The notes under the pieces are model-generated. The model saw only the letters and a list, made by a program, of their open reading frames with translations, was not told the origin of the DNA and did no database searches. Both the position numbers and the translations under genes were made by a program. A stretch of DNA of 64,000 nt from Escherichia coli (GTDB lineage Bacteria > Pseudomonadota > Gammaproteobacteria > Enterobacterales > Enterobacteriaceae): NCBI RefSeq assembly GCF_001677475.2, contig NZ_CP015229.1, one strand, 5' to 3'. This document shows, piece by piece, positions 52,265 to 64,000 of the stretch (position 1 is the stretch's first letter; each line of letters starts with the position of its first letter).

Positions 52265-53373
52265 TTTGGCAGCTTACCGACGACAAACGCTGGTCGACGC
52301 TACGCCAGCGTTTCAGTTGGGTTGAGGAGATGCATCACACGCCACAAGACCCGGAGCATCATGGTGAAGGTGACGTCGGCGTGCATACGGAAATGGTGCT
52401 TAACGCCCTCGTTACTCAGCCAGAATTCCAGCAACTCCCCGCTCAACAGCAGGAAGTTTTATGGGCGGCGGCGTTATTGCATGATGTTGAAAAGCGCAGC
52501 ACTACCGTGCAGGAAAACGGACGTATTCAGTCTCCAGGCCATGCTCGTCGGGGCGAACTGACGGCCCGACAAATTTTATGGCGCGATATCCCAACGCCGT
52601 TCGTGCTACGCGAGCAAATTGTTGCGCTGGTGCGTCTGCATGGGTTACCGCTATGGTTACTGGAACGTCCGGAACCGGAGCGTTTGCTGCTCACGGCTGC
52701 AATGCGCATCGACACGCGTCTGCTCGCTTTGCTTGCTCGTGCCGACCTGCTTGGTCGCCAAAGCCCGGATCAGCAATCAATGCTGGAACGCATCGATCTG
52801 TTCGAGCTGTTTTGCCATGAGCAACAATGCTGGGGAAAAGTGCGCCCGTTCGTTTCTGATTCCGCACGCTGGCACTACCTGACTCATGAGCAAAGTTCTC
52901 CTGATTTTGTTCCCTGGGGGGCTGAACCTTTTGAGGTTATTTTGCTGTGTGGCTTACCGGGTATGGGCAAAGATCGCTATATCAGTGAACAGTGCCAGGG
53001 AATGGACGTTATCAGCCTTGATGATATGCGGCGGCGAATCAATGCCAGCCCGGACGACAAAACCGCCACCGGGCGTATTGTGCAACAGGCAAAAGAAGAG
53101 GCGCGCGTTTTTTTACGCCAGAAAAAGCCGTTCATCTGGAATGCAACGAACATTACCCGCCAGCTGCGTAGCCAGCTCATCAGCTTGTTTACGGCCTACG
53201 GTGCAAGGGTAAAAATTATCTATCTGGAAGTGCCGTGGGCACAATGGAAGCAGCAAAATGCCAGGCGTGTGTATGCAGTTCCTGAAGTGGTCGTAATGCG
53301 GATGGCCTCAAGGCTGGAAGTTCCTCAACCTGATGAAGCACATAGCGTGGAGTATCGGGTGATTGAAAGGTAA
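52261..53373 (+). CDS. HD-domain phosphohydrolase fused to P-loop NTPase/kinase (putative HD-Pnk-type polynucleotide end-healing enzyme)
   Basis: N-terminal HD signature ([14 protein letters not shown] ... LLHDVEKR), C-terminal P-loop [13 protein letters not shown] with downstream [12 protein letters not shown] overlaps the ligase stop (ATGA). Confidence 0.6.
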   Translation: MIWQLTDDKRWSTLRQRFSWVEEMHHTPQDPEHHGEGDVGVHTEMVLNALVTQPEFQQLPAQQQEVLWAAALLHDVEKRSTTVQENGRIQSPGHARRGELTARQILWRDIPTPFVLREQIVALVRLHGLPLWLLERPEPERLLLTAAMRIDTRLLALLARADLLGRQSPDQQSMLERIDLFELFCHEQQCWGKVRPFVSDSARWHYLTHEQSSPDFVPWGAEPFEVILLCGLPGMGKDRYISEQCQGMDVISLDDMRRRINASPDDKTATGRIVQQAKEEARVFLRQKKPFIWNATNITRQLRSQLISLFTAYGARVKIIYLEVPWAQWKQQNARRVYAVPEVVVMRMASRLEVPQPDEAHSVEYRVIER

Positions 53374-53378
53374 AAAAA

Positions 53379-53411
53379 CCGGGCGGTGCTGTCACCTGCC
53401 CGGCTTCTTTT
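53379..53411. terminator. Bidirectional rho-independent terminator between the HD/P-loop gene and luxS
   Basis: CCGGGCGGTGCTGTCACCTGCCCGG hairpin flanked by an A-run on the left and a T-run on the right. Confidence 0.55.
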
Positions 53412-53421
53412 GTTCCACTGA

Positions 53422-53937
53422 CTAAATGTGCAGTTCTTGCAACTTCTCTTTCGGCAGCGCCAGCTCTTCGTTGCTGTTGATGCGTACGTCACGTTCCAGA
53501 ATGCTACGCGCAATATCCTGCGCTTCCTGCAACGAGTGCATCTGGTAAGTGCCACACTGGTAGACGTTCAGTTCTGGGATCTGATTCTGATCCTGCACTT
53601 TCAGCACGTCTTCCATTGCCGCTTTCCAGGCATCAGCAACACGCTGCTCATCTGGCGTACCAATCAGACTCATATAAAAACCGGTGCGGCAGCCCATTGG
53701 CGAGATATCGATAATCTCTACACCATTACCGTTAAGATGGTTACGCATAAAACCAGCAAACAGGTGCTCCAGGGTATGGATCCCTCTTTCTGGCATCACT
53801 TCTTTGTTCGGCACGCAGAAGCGCAGATCGAACACGGTGATTGCGTCGCCATGCGGGGTGTTCATTGTTTTCGCCACCCGAACTGCAGGCGCTTCCATCC
53901 GGGTATGATCGACTGTGAAGCTATCTAACAACGGCAT
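53422..53937 (-). CDS. luxS: S-ribosylhomocysteine lyase (autoinducer-2 synthase)
   Basis: 171 aa [14 protein letters not shown]...[10 protein letters not shown] (HxxEH metal motif). Confidence 0.9.
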
Positions 53938-54005
53938 TTAGCCACCTCCGGTAATTTTTTTAAAAATTTTCTGAACTCTTTCTTCCCAGGCGAGTCTGAG
54001 TATAT

Positions 54006-54079
54006 GAAAGACGCGCATTTGTTATCATCATCCCTGAATTCAGAGATGAAATTTTGGCCACTCACGAGTGGCCTTTTTC
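54006..54079 (+). ncRNA. micA: MicA (SraD) small regulatory RNA
   Basis: GAAAGACGCGCATTTGTTATCATCATCCCTGAATTCAGAGATGAAATTTTGGCCACTCACGAGTGGCCTTTTT in the luxS-gshA intergenic region, ending in a terminator hairpin plus T-run. Confidence 0.75.
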
Positions 54080-54086
54080 TTTTCTG

Positions 54087-55670
<1,584 letters not shown>

Positions 55671-55715
55671 TTAATTAGCATAACTGTAATGGTGACCATA
55701 TGTGCAGGCCTACAA

Positions 55716-56144
55716 TTAGTGCCACCACATCATGCCCTGAACGGTCGCTGCTGCAACTGCAACATAGCGTAACGCTTTACCAAGGCACAAAAAAAAGATT
55801 ACCGGCCCCCAGGAGATGCGCATCCATCCCGCTAACAGACACAGTAAATCGCCAACTACGGGCATCCAGCTTAATAATAGCGTGACTGCACCATAGCGTT
55901 TCAGCCAGCCAGTAGCTTTCTCTTGCCAGCGCGATGTTTTACGCAATGGAAAGAAACGCCCAAGGATAACGTTAGTTAACCCTCCAAGGCTATTACCCAT
56001 TGTTGCTGTTAAAACTAAAACCCAGGGATGACTGATCCCGGAAAGCAACATTGCCACCAGCACGACTTCGGAGTTGCCGGGTAATAGTGTAGCGCTGAGA
56101 AAACTACTGGCAAACAACGAGAAAAGCGATAACGCTTCACTCAC
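55716..56144 (-). CDS. yqaA: DedA/YqaA-family inner membrane protein
   Basis: 142 aa; synteny. Confidence 0.8.
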   Translation of the reverse strand: MSEALSLFSLFASSFLSATLLPGNSEVVLVAMLLSGISHPWVLVLTATMGNSLGGLTNVILGRFFPLRKTSRWQEKATGWLKRYGAVTLLLSWMPVVGDLLCLLAGWMRISWGPVIFFLCLGKALRYVAVAAATVQGMMWWH

Positions 56145-56707
56145 AGCAAGCGAACATCCACAGCGTCCATGCCTGCTGCGCGGGCCGCCTGAATACCGAA
56201 ATCGGCATCTTCAAAGACCACACACTGTGTCGGTTGCACGCCCATACGCTGCGCGCACAACAAAAATGTGTCTGGCGCGGGTTTATGGTGTTTGACGTGA
56301 TCGGCAGCGACGACGGCGTCAAAATAACGGCGTAATCCCAGGTGCGCCAGCAATGCCTCAGCGATGGCGCTTTCACTCCCCGTTCCTACAGCCATTGGGC
56401 GACGACCATGCCAACTTTTCACCACTTCAACAAGAGGAAGCGGCTCGACACTATCCAGCAGCATACTTCTTACTGCTTCTGTTTTTTCACGCGCTAACGC
56501 ATGCGGGTCGAGATCGGCCTGATTCAGCTCAATAATCGCCTGAGCAATACGCCAGGTGGGCGAGCCATTAAGCGCAATCATTGCCTGAACATCGTACTGA
56601 AGACCGTAGTGCCCTAATACTTCGCGCCACGCTTTACGGTGCGTAGGCTCCGTATCCAGGATTGTGCCATCCATATCAAAAATTAAACCTGCATAACGCT
56701 CGTACAT
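56141..56707 (-). CDS. yqaB: HAD-family sugar phosphatase
   Basis: 188 aa with N-terminal DxD motif (LIFDMDGTILDT). Confidence 0.85.
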   Translation of the reverse strand: MYERYAGLIFDMDGTILDTEPTHRKAWREVLGHYGLQYDVQAMIALNGSPTWRIAQAIIELNQADLDPHALAREKTEAVRSMLLDSVEPLPLVEVVKSWHGRRPMAVGTGSESAIAEALLAHLGLRRYFDAVVAADHVKHHKPAPDTFLLCAQRMGVQPTQCVVFEDADFGIQAARAAGMDAVDVRLL

Positions 56708-56917
56708 GGTCTTCTCGCAAGTCGAAAAATATGACGCTACTTTAGCGTAATTGCTTGATTTTGTCGCTGATGGCGAAGGAGAAGAAAATTCAGGAAATAG
56801 ATAAAGTAGTTATTTAGAAATGAGATATTTTTGAAGGAAATTTGTGGGAGAAGATGGTGCCTGCGGTTAGTACTGCTACCTCTTCGATACCTTCATTGCT
56901 GAAGATTACGGAGAATA

Positions 56918-56994
56918 TGGTGCATCCGGGAGGATTCGAACCTCCGACCGCTCGGTTCGTAGCCGAGTACTCTATCCAGCTGAGCTACGGATGC
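56918..56994 (-). tRNA. argQ: tRNA-Arg (anticodon ACG)
   Basis: Reverse complement is GCATCCGTAGCTCAGCTGGATAGAGTACTCGGCTACGAACCGAGCGGTCGGAGGTTCGAATCCTCCCGGATGCACCA; name assigned by position in the array. Confidence 0.85.
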
Positions 56995-57096
56995 ATCGGG
57001 AAAACTTATTTTACTGCTGATATTGATACCGCTACTAAAGCCATATCAAATAAGAAAATCCATCTTAACCATCATCACTGATGATTACGGAGAATA

Positions 57097-57173
57097 TGGT
57101 GCATCCGGGAGGATTCGAACCTCCGACCGCTCGGTTCGTAGCCGAGTACTCTATCCAGCTGAGCTACGGATGC
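57097..57173 (-). tRNA. argZ: tRNA-Arg (anticodon ACG)
   Basis: Identical 77-nt tRNA-Arg sequence; second copy. Confidence 0.85.
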
Positions 57174-57235
57174 ATCGGGAAATTTATTTTACTGCTGATA
57201 TTGATACCGCTACTAAAGCCATATCAAGTAAGAGA

Positions 57236-57312
57236 TGGTGCATCCGGGAGGATTCGAACCTCCGACCGCTCGGTTCGTAGCCGAGTACTCTATCCAGCTG
57301 AGCTACGGATGC
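57236..57312 (-). tRNA. argY: tRNA-Arg (anticodon ACG)
   Basis: Identical 77-nt tRNA-Arg sequence; third copy. Confidence 0.85.
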
Positions 57313-57376
57313 ATCGGGAAACTTACTTTACTGCAGATTTTTTGATACCGCTACTAAAGCCGTATCAAGTAAGAGA

Positions 57377-57395
57377 TGGTGCATCCGGGAGGATT
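57377..57395 (-). other. Truncated tRNA-Arg fragment (3'-terminal ~19 nt only)
   Basis: TGGTGCATCCGGGAGGATT matches the 3' end of the tRNA-Arg copies, then diverges into unrelated sequence. Confidence 0.4.
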
Positions 57396-57511
57396 ACTCG
57401 CCTTGCGGCTCGCCCTTCGGGCCGTTGCTAAAGCAACGTTATCCTTCCTGGTGCTTGCGGCTAGTACCGCCACCTCTTCCACATCTTCATCGCTGAAGAT
57501 TACGGATAATA

Positions 57512-57588
57512 TGGTGCATCCGGGAGGATTCGAACCTCCGACCGCTCGGTTCGTAGCCGAGTACTCTATCCAGCTGAGCTACGGATGC
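57512..57588 (-). tRNA. argV: tRNA-Arg (anticodon ACG)
   Basis: Identical 77-nt tRNA-Arg sequence; fourth copy, 3 nt from serV. Confidence 0.85.
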
Positions 57589-57591
57589 AAA

Positions 57592-57684
57592 TGGCGGTGA
57601 GGCGGGGATTCGAACCCCGGATGCAGCTTTTGACCGCATACTCCCTTAGCAGGGGAGCGCCTTCAGCCTCTCGGCCACCTCACC
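57592..57684 (-). tRNA. serV: tRNA-Ser (anticodon GCU)
   Basis: Reverse complement is GGTGAGGTGGCCGAGAGGCTGAAGGCGCTCCCCTGCTAAGGGAGTATGCGGTCAAAAGCTGCATCCGGGGTTCGAATCCCCGCCTCACCGCCA, with a long variable arm. Confidence 0.85.
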
Positions 57685-57998
57685 ACACGCCTCTTACGAG
57701 TGCTTCGAAGAACTTGTTTATCGCTCATCGTCGCTGCGTGGCGCACATATTACTTTCTGAGACTTATAAGTCAAACAATTTTTCCCACACTTTTATCGTT
57801 TGCACACTTCACGCTCAATTAGTCTGTAAAAACGTCAAAAAGAGTGTTTTATCAACAGAAAAACGGAGGTCTGTCAGATAGCAGTAATGCAAAAAAATGG
57901 AGACTTAAGTTGAATGAACGGGAGTAAAGCGAAAAGACAATGGAGTGAAGAAGAAATTTGAGGGTGCGTCTCACCGATAAAGATGAGACGCGGAAAGA

Positions 57999-58184
57999 TT
58001 AGTAACTGGACTGCTGGGATTTTTCAGCCTGGATACGCTGGTAGATCTCTTCACGGTGAACAGAAACTTCCTTCGGGGCATTTACGCCAATACGTACCTG
58101 GTTGCCCTTTACCCCTAAAACTGTCACGGTGACCTCATCCCCAATCATGAGGGTCTCACCAACTCGACGAGTCAGAATCAGCAT
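57999..58184 (-). CDS. csrA: Carbon storage regulator (RNA-binding global regulator)
   Basis: 61 aa [61 protein letters not shown]. Confidence 0.95.
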
Positions 58185-58418
58185 TCTTTGCTCCTTGAAA
58201 GATTAAAAGAGTCGGGTCTCTCTGTATCCCGGCATTATCCATCATATAACGCCAAAAAGTAAGCAATGACAAACACATTACATGTAAGCAGTCATGGCAT
58301 TACATTCTGTTAAACCTAAGTTTAGCCGATATACACAACTTCAACCTGACTTTATCGTTGTCGATAGCGTTAATGCGAATGCCGTGAAGCGAGTCCACGG
58401 CATTGCCTGACGCTTATA

Positions 58419-61049
58419 TTATTGCAATTTCGCGCTGACCCAGCCTTTCACACTGGCTAACGCTGCAGGTAAGGCCGCAGCATCCGTACCACCGGCTTGC
58501 GCCATGTCAGGACGTCCACCACCCTTGCCGCCCACCTGCTGAGCGACCACACCAATCAGTTCCCCTGCTTTCACACGATCTGTGACGTCCTTAGATACGC
58601 CTGCAATCAGAGAAACCTTACCTTCGACTACCGTTGCCAGCACGATAATTGTCGACCCCAGCTGATTTTTTAAATCGTCAACCATGGTACGCAACATTTT
58701 CGGCTCAACACCGCTAAGCTCGCTAACCAACAGCTTAACACCATTAACATCAATTGCCTTACTGGAAAGATTTGCGCTCTCCTGTGCGGCAGCTTGTTCT
58801 TTAAGCTGTTGTAACTCTTTTTCCAGCTGACGCGTACGTTCCAGTACTGAGCGCACTTTATCAGCCAGATTATTGCTATCGCCTTTCAGCAGATGCGCGA
58901 CTTCGCTTAAGCGATCGCTGTCTGCATGAACGGTCGCGATAGCGCCTTCTCCGGTTACCGCTTCGATACGACGAACGCCTGCAGCAGTACCCGATTCAGA
59001 GATGATGCGGAACAGACCAATATCACCAGTGCGACTGGCGTGAGTACCGCCACACAGCTCGGTGGAGAAATCGCCCATGCTCAGCACGCGTACGCGCTCA
59101 TCATACTTCTCACCAAACAGCGCCATCGCACCTTTCGCTTTCGCCGCTTCGAGATCCATGATGTTGGTTTCGATCGGCAAGTTACGGCGAATCTGTGCGT
59201 TCACCAGGTCTTCGACCGCACGAATCTCTTCTGGTTTCATCGCTTCGTTGTGTGAGAAGTCGAAGCGCAGCACTTTGTCGTTAACCAGTGAACCTTTCTG
59301 CGATACATGAGTACCCAGAACCTGGCGCAGCGCAGCGTGCATCAGGTGCGTTGCGGAGTGATTCAGACGAATACGGGCGCGAAGAGCCTCATCAACATCA
59401 GCCTGCACCGCGTCGCCCACTTTCAGAGAACCCGCAGCAAGTTTACCGATGTGACCAATCGCCTGGCCGTATTTCTGCGTATCTTCCACCGCAAAGGAGA
59501 AGTTAGCGCCTTTCAGTTCGCCTTTATCACCAACCTGACCGCCGGATTCCGCATAGAATGGCGTTTGATCCAGCACGACCACAGCTTCCTGGCCTGCATT
59601 GATGGCATCAACCGCTTTACCATCAACAAACAGCGCGGTCACTTTGCCGTTCAGTTCCAGATGGTCATAGCCTTTAAATTCAGATGCGCTGTCAACACGG
59701 ATCATTGCGTTGTAATCGGCACCAAAGCCGCTGGCTTCGCGCGCGCGACGACGCTGCTCTTCCATTGCTGCTTCGAAACCAGCTTCGTCAACTTTGATGT
59801 TGCGCTCACGACAAACATCAGCCGTCAGGTCAACCGGGAAGCCATAGGTGTCGTACAGACGGAAAGCCGTTTCACCATCCAGCGTATCACCAGAAAGTTT
59901 TGCCAGCTCTTCATCCAGCAGCGCCAGACCGCGCTCCAGAGTACGGGCAAACTGCTCTTCTTCAGTCTTCAGCACCTGCTCAACCTGCGCCTGCTGGCGT
60001 TTCAGGTCTTCACCCGCAGAGCCCATTACGTCGATCAGCGGACCAACCAGTTTGTAGAAGAAGGTTTCTTTCGCGCCCAGCATATTGCCGTGACGCACTG
60101 CGCGACGAATGATACGACGCAGTACATAACCACGGTTTTCATTGGACGGCATTACGCCATCCGCGATCAGGAACGCACAAGAACGAATGTGGTCAGCGAT
60201 TACGCGCAGCGATTTATTGCTCAGATCGGTCGCGCCAGTGACTTTCGCTACCGCCTGGATCAGCGTGCGGAACAGGTCGATGTCATAGTTAGAGTTAACG
60301 TGTTGCAGCACCGCAGCAATACGCTCCAGACCCATACCGGTATCTACAGACGGCTTCGGCAGCGGTTCCATCGTGCCATCTGCCTGGCGGTTGAACTGCA
60401 TGAAGACGATGTTCCAGATCTCAATGTAGCGATCGCCGTCTTCTTCCGGACTTCCCGGAGGGCCACCCCAAATGTGGTCGCCGTGATCGTAGAAGATTTC
60501 GGTGCACGGGCCGCACGGACCAGTGTCACCCATCTGCCAGAAGTTGTCAGATGCGTATGGCGCACCTTTGTTATCGCCGATGCGAATAATACGTTCGCGC
60601 GGGATCCCTACTTCTTTTTCCCAGATTTCGTAGGCTTCGTCGTCGCTTTCATAGACGGTAACCCACAGACGCTCTTTCGGCAGGGCAAACCATTTTTCAC
60701 TGGTCAGCAGTTCCCATGCAAACTGAATGGCATCGTGTTTGAAATAGTCGCCGAAGCTGAAGTTGCCCAGCATTTCGAAGAAGGTATGGTGACGCGCGGT
60801 GTAACCGACGTTTTCCAGGTCGTTGTGTTTACCACCCGCACGCACGCAGCGTTGGGAAGTGGTAGCGCGGGAATAATTACGCTTGTCGAGCCCAAGGAAC
60901 ACATCCTTGAACTGGTTCATCCCGGCGTTGGTAAACAACAAAGTTGGGTCGTTATGGGGTACCAGGGAGCTGCTGGCAACTACCTGATGTCCCTTACTAT
61001 GGAAAAAGTCGAGAAACGCCTGACGGATCTCAGCGGTGCTCTTGCTCAT
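58419..61049 (-). CDS. alaS: Alanine-tRNA ligase
   Basis: 876 aa; [24 protein letters not shown]. Confidence 0.95.
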   Translation of the reverse strand: MSKSTAEIRQAFLDFFHSKGHQVVASSSLVPHNDPTLLFTNAGMNQFKDVFLGLDKRNYSRATTSQRCVRAGGKHNDLENVGYTARHHTFFEMLGNFSFGDYFKHDAIQFAWELLTSEKWFALPKERLWVTVYESDDEAYEIWEKEVGIPRERIIRIGDNKGAPYASDNFWQMGDTGPCGPCTEIFYDHGDHIWGGPPGSPEEDGDRYIEIWNIVFMQFNRQADGTMEPLPKPSVDTGMGLERIAAVLQHVNSNYDIDLFRTLIQAVAKVTGATDLSNKSLRVIADHIRSCAFLIADGVMPSNENRGYVLRRIIRRAVRHGNMLGAKETFFYKLVGPLIDVMGSAGEDLKRQQAQVEQVLKTEEEQFARTLERGLALLDEELAKLSGDTLDGETAFRLYDTYGFPVDLTADVCRERNIKVDEAGFEAAMEEQRRRAREASGFGADYNAMIRVDSASEFKGYDHLELNGKVTALFVDGKAVDAINAGQEAVVVLDQTPFYAESGGQVGDKGELKGANFSFAVEDTQKYGQAIGHIGKLAAGSLKVGDAVQADVDEALRARIRLNHSATHLMHAALRQVLGTHVSQKGSLVNDKVLRFDFSHNEAMKPEEIRAVEDLVNAQIRRNLPIETNIMDLEAAKAKGAMALFGEKYDERVRVLSMGDFSTELCGGTHASRTGDIGLFRIISESGTAAGVRRIEAVTGEGAIATVHADSDRLSEVAHLLKGDSNNLADKVRSVLERTRQLEKELQQLKEQAAAQESANLSSKAIDVNGVKLLVSELSGVEPKMLRTMVDDLKNQLGSTIIVLATVVEGKVSLIAGVSKDVTDRVKAGELIGVVAQQVGGKGGGRPDMAQAGGTDAAALPAALASVKGWVSAKLQ

Positions 61050-61176
61050 AATTATCCTGAAATCAAGCTAACGAAATATCGCCACCAGCTCCAGCGTGTC
61101 TTAACCGCCGGGCTGGTAACTGAAAAGTGGGAATAAGATAAGTTTTCTTGACTGGGAAGTAAAATACCGTATGCGT

Positions 61177-61677
61177 TCAGTCGGCAAAATTTCGCCAAAT
61201 ATCCTGGATATCTTCCATCAGATAGCCACGATAGAGCAGAAAACGCTGGATCTTAACTTTTTCTGAAAAGACAGTTGGCAAAGGTTCACCATATTTTCGC
61301 GTCGCCTGATCGCGCGCCAGTGCGCACCAGTCGATGTCACATTCACGCATCGCTTTTTCTGTCGCTTCGCGGGAAATACCTTTCTGATTCAGTTCCTGAC
61401 GAATACGCGCAGGTCCATAACCTTTGCGGCTACGGCTGGCGATAAAGCGCGCAACAAATCGGCTGTCATCAAGATAGCCATGTTCATGGCACCAGGCAAT
61501 AACGCGCTCGTAATCTTCTGCCGTGGCATCAATCTCTTCCGGGCCATTTTTGCCCATAATCGGTGCCGCGAGTTTACGTCGCAGTTCTTGCTCACTGTGA
61601 TCGCGCACCGCCAGAATGCGTACCGCACGATCCAACAGGCGAGCATATGCCGGGCGACGGGACGTTGATTCTGTCAT
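61177..61677 (-). CDS. recX: RecA regulator RecX
   Basis: 166 aa; immediately downstream of recA on the same strand. Confidence 0.9.
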   Translation of the reverse strand: MTESTSRRPAYARLLDRAVRILAVRDHSEQELRRKLAAPIMGKNGPEEIDATAEDYERVIAWCHEHGYLDDSRFVARFIASRSRKGYGPARIRQELNQKGISREATEKAMRECDIDWCALARDQATRKYGEPLPTVFSEKVKIQRFLLYRGYLMEDIQDIWRNFAD

Positions 61678-61694
61678 GGCATATCCTTACAACT

Positions 61695-61725
61695 TAAAAA
61701 AGCAAAAGGGTCGCAGATGCGACCC
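61695..61725 (-). terminator. Rho-independent terminator between recA and recX (attenuates read-through into recX)
   Basis: On the minus strand, GGGTCGCATCTGCGACCC hairpin followed by TTTTGCTTTTTT. Confidence 0.6.
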
Positions 61726-61919
61726 AGGTTTTGCTGATAAACAGATTTAATAGTCAATGAGTGTGCAGAATGTTCCCGCAGGCCCAATTCGTTAGAAGAT
61801 CGAGGTGAGAGTAATTTTTCACGCCAGTGCTGACCTGTTCCCCTCACCCTCACCCTCTCCCCAAAGGGGCGAGGGGACCGTCCGTGCACACATTATCTAT
61901 TATCATCAATAACGAACGA

Positions 61920-63060
<1,141 letters not shown>

Positions 63061-63558
63061 TCAAGTGTTTTGTAGAAATTGTTGCCACAAGGTCTGCAAT
63101 GCATACGCAGTAGCCCGACGACGCACCGCATCACGGTCACCGCTGAAGCATTCCCGCCGGATAATGCCTTCACCGCGGGCAGTGGCAAAAGCAAACCAGA
63201 CGGTGCCGACAGGCTTCTCTTCACTGCCGCCATCCGGCCCGGCGATACCACTAATAGACACGGCATAATCAGCACGAGCCGCTTTCAGTGCGCCTATCGC
63301 CATTTCCACCACGACGGGTTCGCTCACCGCGCCATGCTGCGCCAGCGTCTCTTCGCGTACGCCGATCATTTGCGCTTTCGCTTCGTTACTGTAGGTGACA
63401 AATCCGCGTTCAAACCAGGCGGAACTGCCGGCAATATCGGTAATCACTTTCGCTACCCAACCACCGGTACAAGACTCAGCAGTTGTTACGGTTGCGCCAC
63501 GGGCTTTCAGCGCCTGCCCAACCTGTTCGCTTAACTGCATCAGTTCACTGTCAGTCAT
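63061..63558 (-). CDS. pncC: NMN amidohydrolase (CinA-like domain)
   Basis: Start MTDSELMQLSEQVGQALKARGATVTTAESCTGG; 165 aa; formerly ygaD. Confidence 0.85.
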   Translation of the reverse strand: MTDSELMQLSEQVGQALKARGATVTTAESCTGGWVAKVITDIAGSSAWFERGFVTYSNEAKAQMIGVREETLAQHGAVSEPVVVEMAIGALKAARADYAVSISGIAGPDGGSEEKPVGTVWFAFATARGEGIIRRECFSGDRDAVRRRATAYALQTLWQQFLQNT

Positions 63559-63702
63559 CACAACCTCTGTCAGTCAAAAATTTATGCCGGACAAGATAGC
63601 ACTTTCGTCAGGAAGATGGTGTTGGCGTTGCAATTTTACGAGGAGGATTCAGAAAAAAGCTGATTAGCCAGAGGGAAGCTCACGCCCCCCTCTTGCAAAT
63701 AG

Positions 63703-64000
63703 TTACTGCACGCGCGCCAGCGCCACGGCTTGTCCTAACTGCCAGACCGCCATTGCGTAATGGGTGCTGTGGTTATAACGGGTAATGGTGTAGAAGTTCG
63801 GCAGACCGTACCAGTACTGGTAACCTGTTCCAACATCCAGACGCAGCAGGCTGGCTTGTTGATGGTTGCCTAGCGGCTGCTGTGGCGTTAAACCTGCCGC
63901 GGCAAGCTGCGAAATGCTGTACTTGGTTTTGAAGCCATTTGGCAAGCCTGGAGCCTGACCGTTTGCCATTACCGCGACCTGATCGCCTTTCACCCAGCCG
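63703..64000 (-). CDS. mltB: Membrane-bound lytic murein transglycosylase B, C-terminal part (gene continues beyond window end)
   Basis: Partial minus-strand ORF ending ...MAVWQLGQAVALARVQ; synteny with pncC-recA. Confidence 0.8.
   Translation of the reverse strand, partial: GWVKGDQVAVMANGQAPGLPNGFKTKYSISQLAAAGLTPQQPLGNHQQASLLRLDVGTGYQYWYGLPNFYTITRYNHSTHYAMAVWQLGQAVALARVQ

Noticed and set aside
57376-57600. 74-aa and similar plus-strand ORFs across the tRNA array (56842..57600)
   Set aside because: They are translations of the reverse strand of tRNA genes and repeated spacers; the repeated peptide [24 protein letters not shown] is the tRNA sequence read as protein.
59307-61136. 609-aa plus-strand ORF
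   Set aside because: Antisense to alaS, whose product is unambiguous; long antisense open frames are common in GC-rich conserved genes.

Overview
This window is an Escherichia coli chromosomal segment syntenic with the K-12 ypjA-to-mltB region, preceded by about 15 kb of a lambdoid prophage-like element. All calls rest on reading the six-frame track and sequence by eye and on remembered protein families; no database search or computation was run. The prophage part (1..~15300) runs, right to left, from a tyrosine integrase and excisionase-like gene through a block of uncharacterised plus-strand cargo genes, an immunity region (XRE repressor, divergent Cro-like gene, ORF6N antirepressor), a Lar-family restriction-alleviation gene, a FinO/ProQ-like gene, and an O-like/DnaC-like/DnaB-like replication module with iterons, to a Q-like antiterminator. 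At the left window edge an AT-rich, translationally coupled three-gene operon converges on Q; its last gene has a PD-(D/E)xK-like motif and its first gene is cut by the window. The core part carries ypjA, a pinH fragment, tRNA ileY, ygaQ, csiD-lhgO-gabDTP-csiR, kbp, yqaE, ygaVP, stpA, alaE, ygaC, ygaM, nrdHIEF, proVWX, ygaYZH, mprA-emrAB, luxS, micA, gshA, yqaAB, four tRNA-Arg plus serV, csrA, alaS, recX, recA with its LexA box, pncC and partial mltB. Differences from K-12 as I remember it: ygaQ and ygaY are intact, and a two-gene cassette (minimal RNA-ligase-like protein plus HD/P-loop fusion) sits between emrB and luxS. The strongest candidates for an undescribed system are the edge operon, the emrB-luxS RNA end-healing/sealing cassette, and the prophage cargo block containing a small membrane protein coupled to an SPFH lipoprotein.
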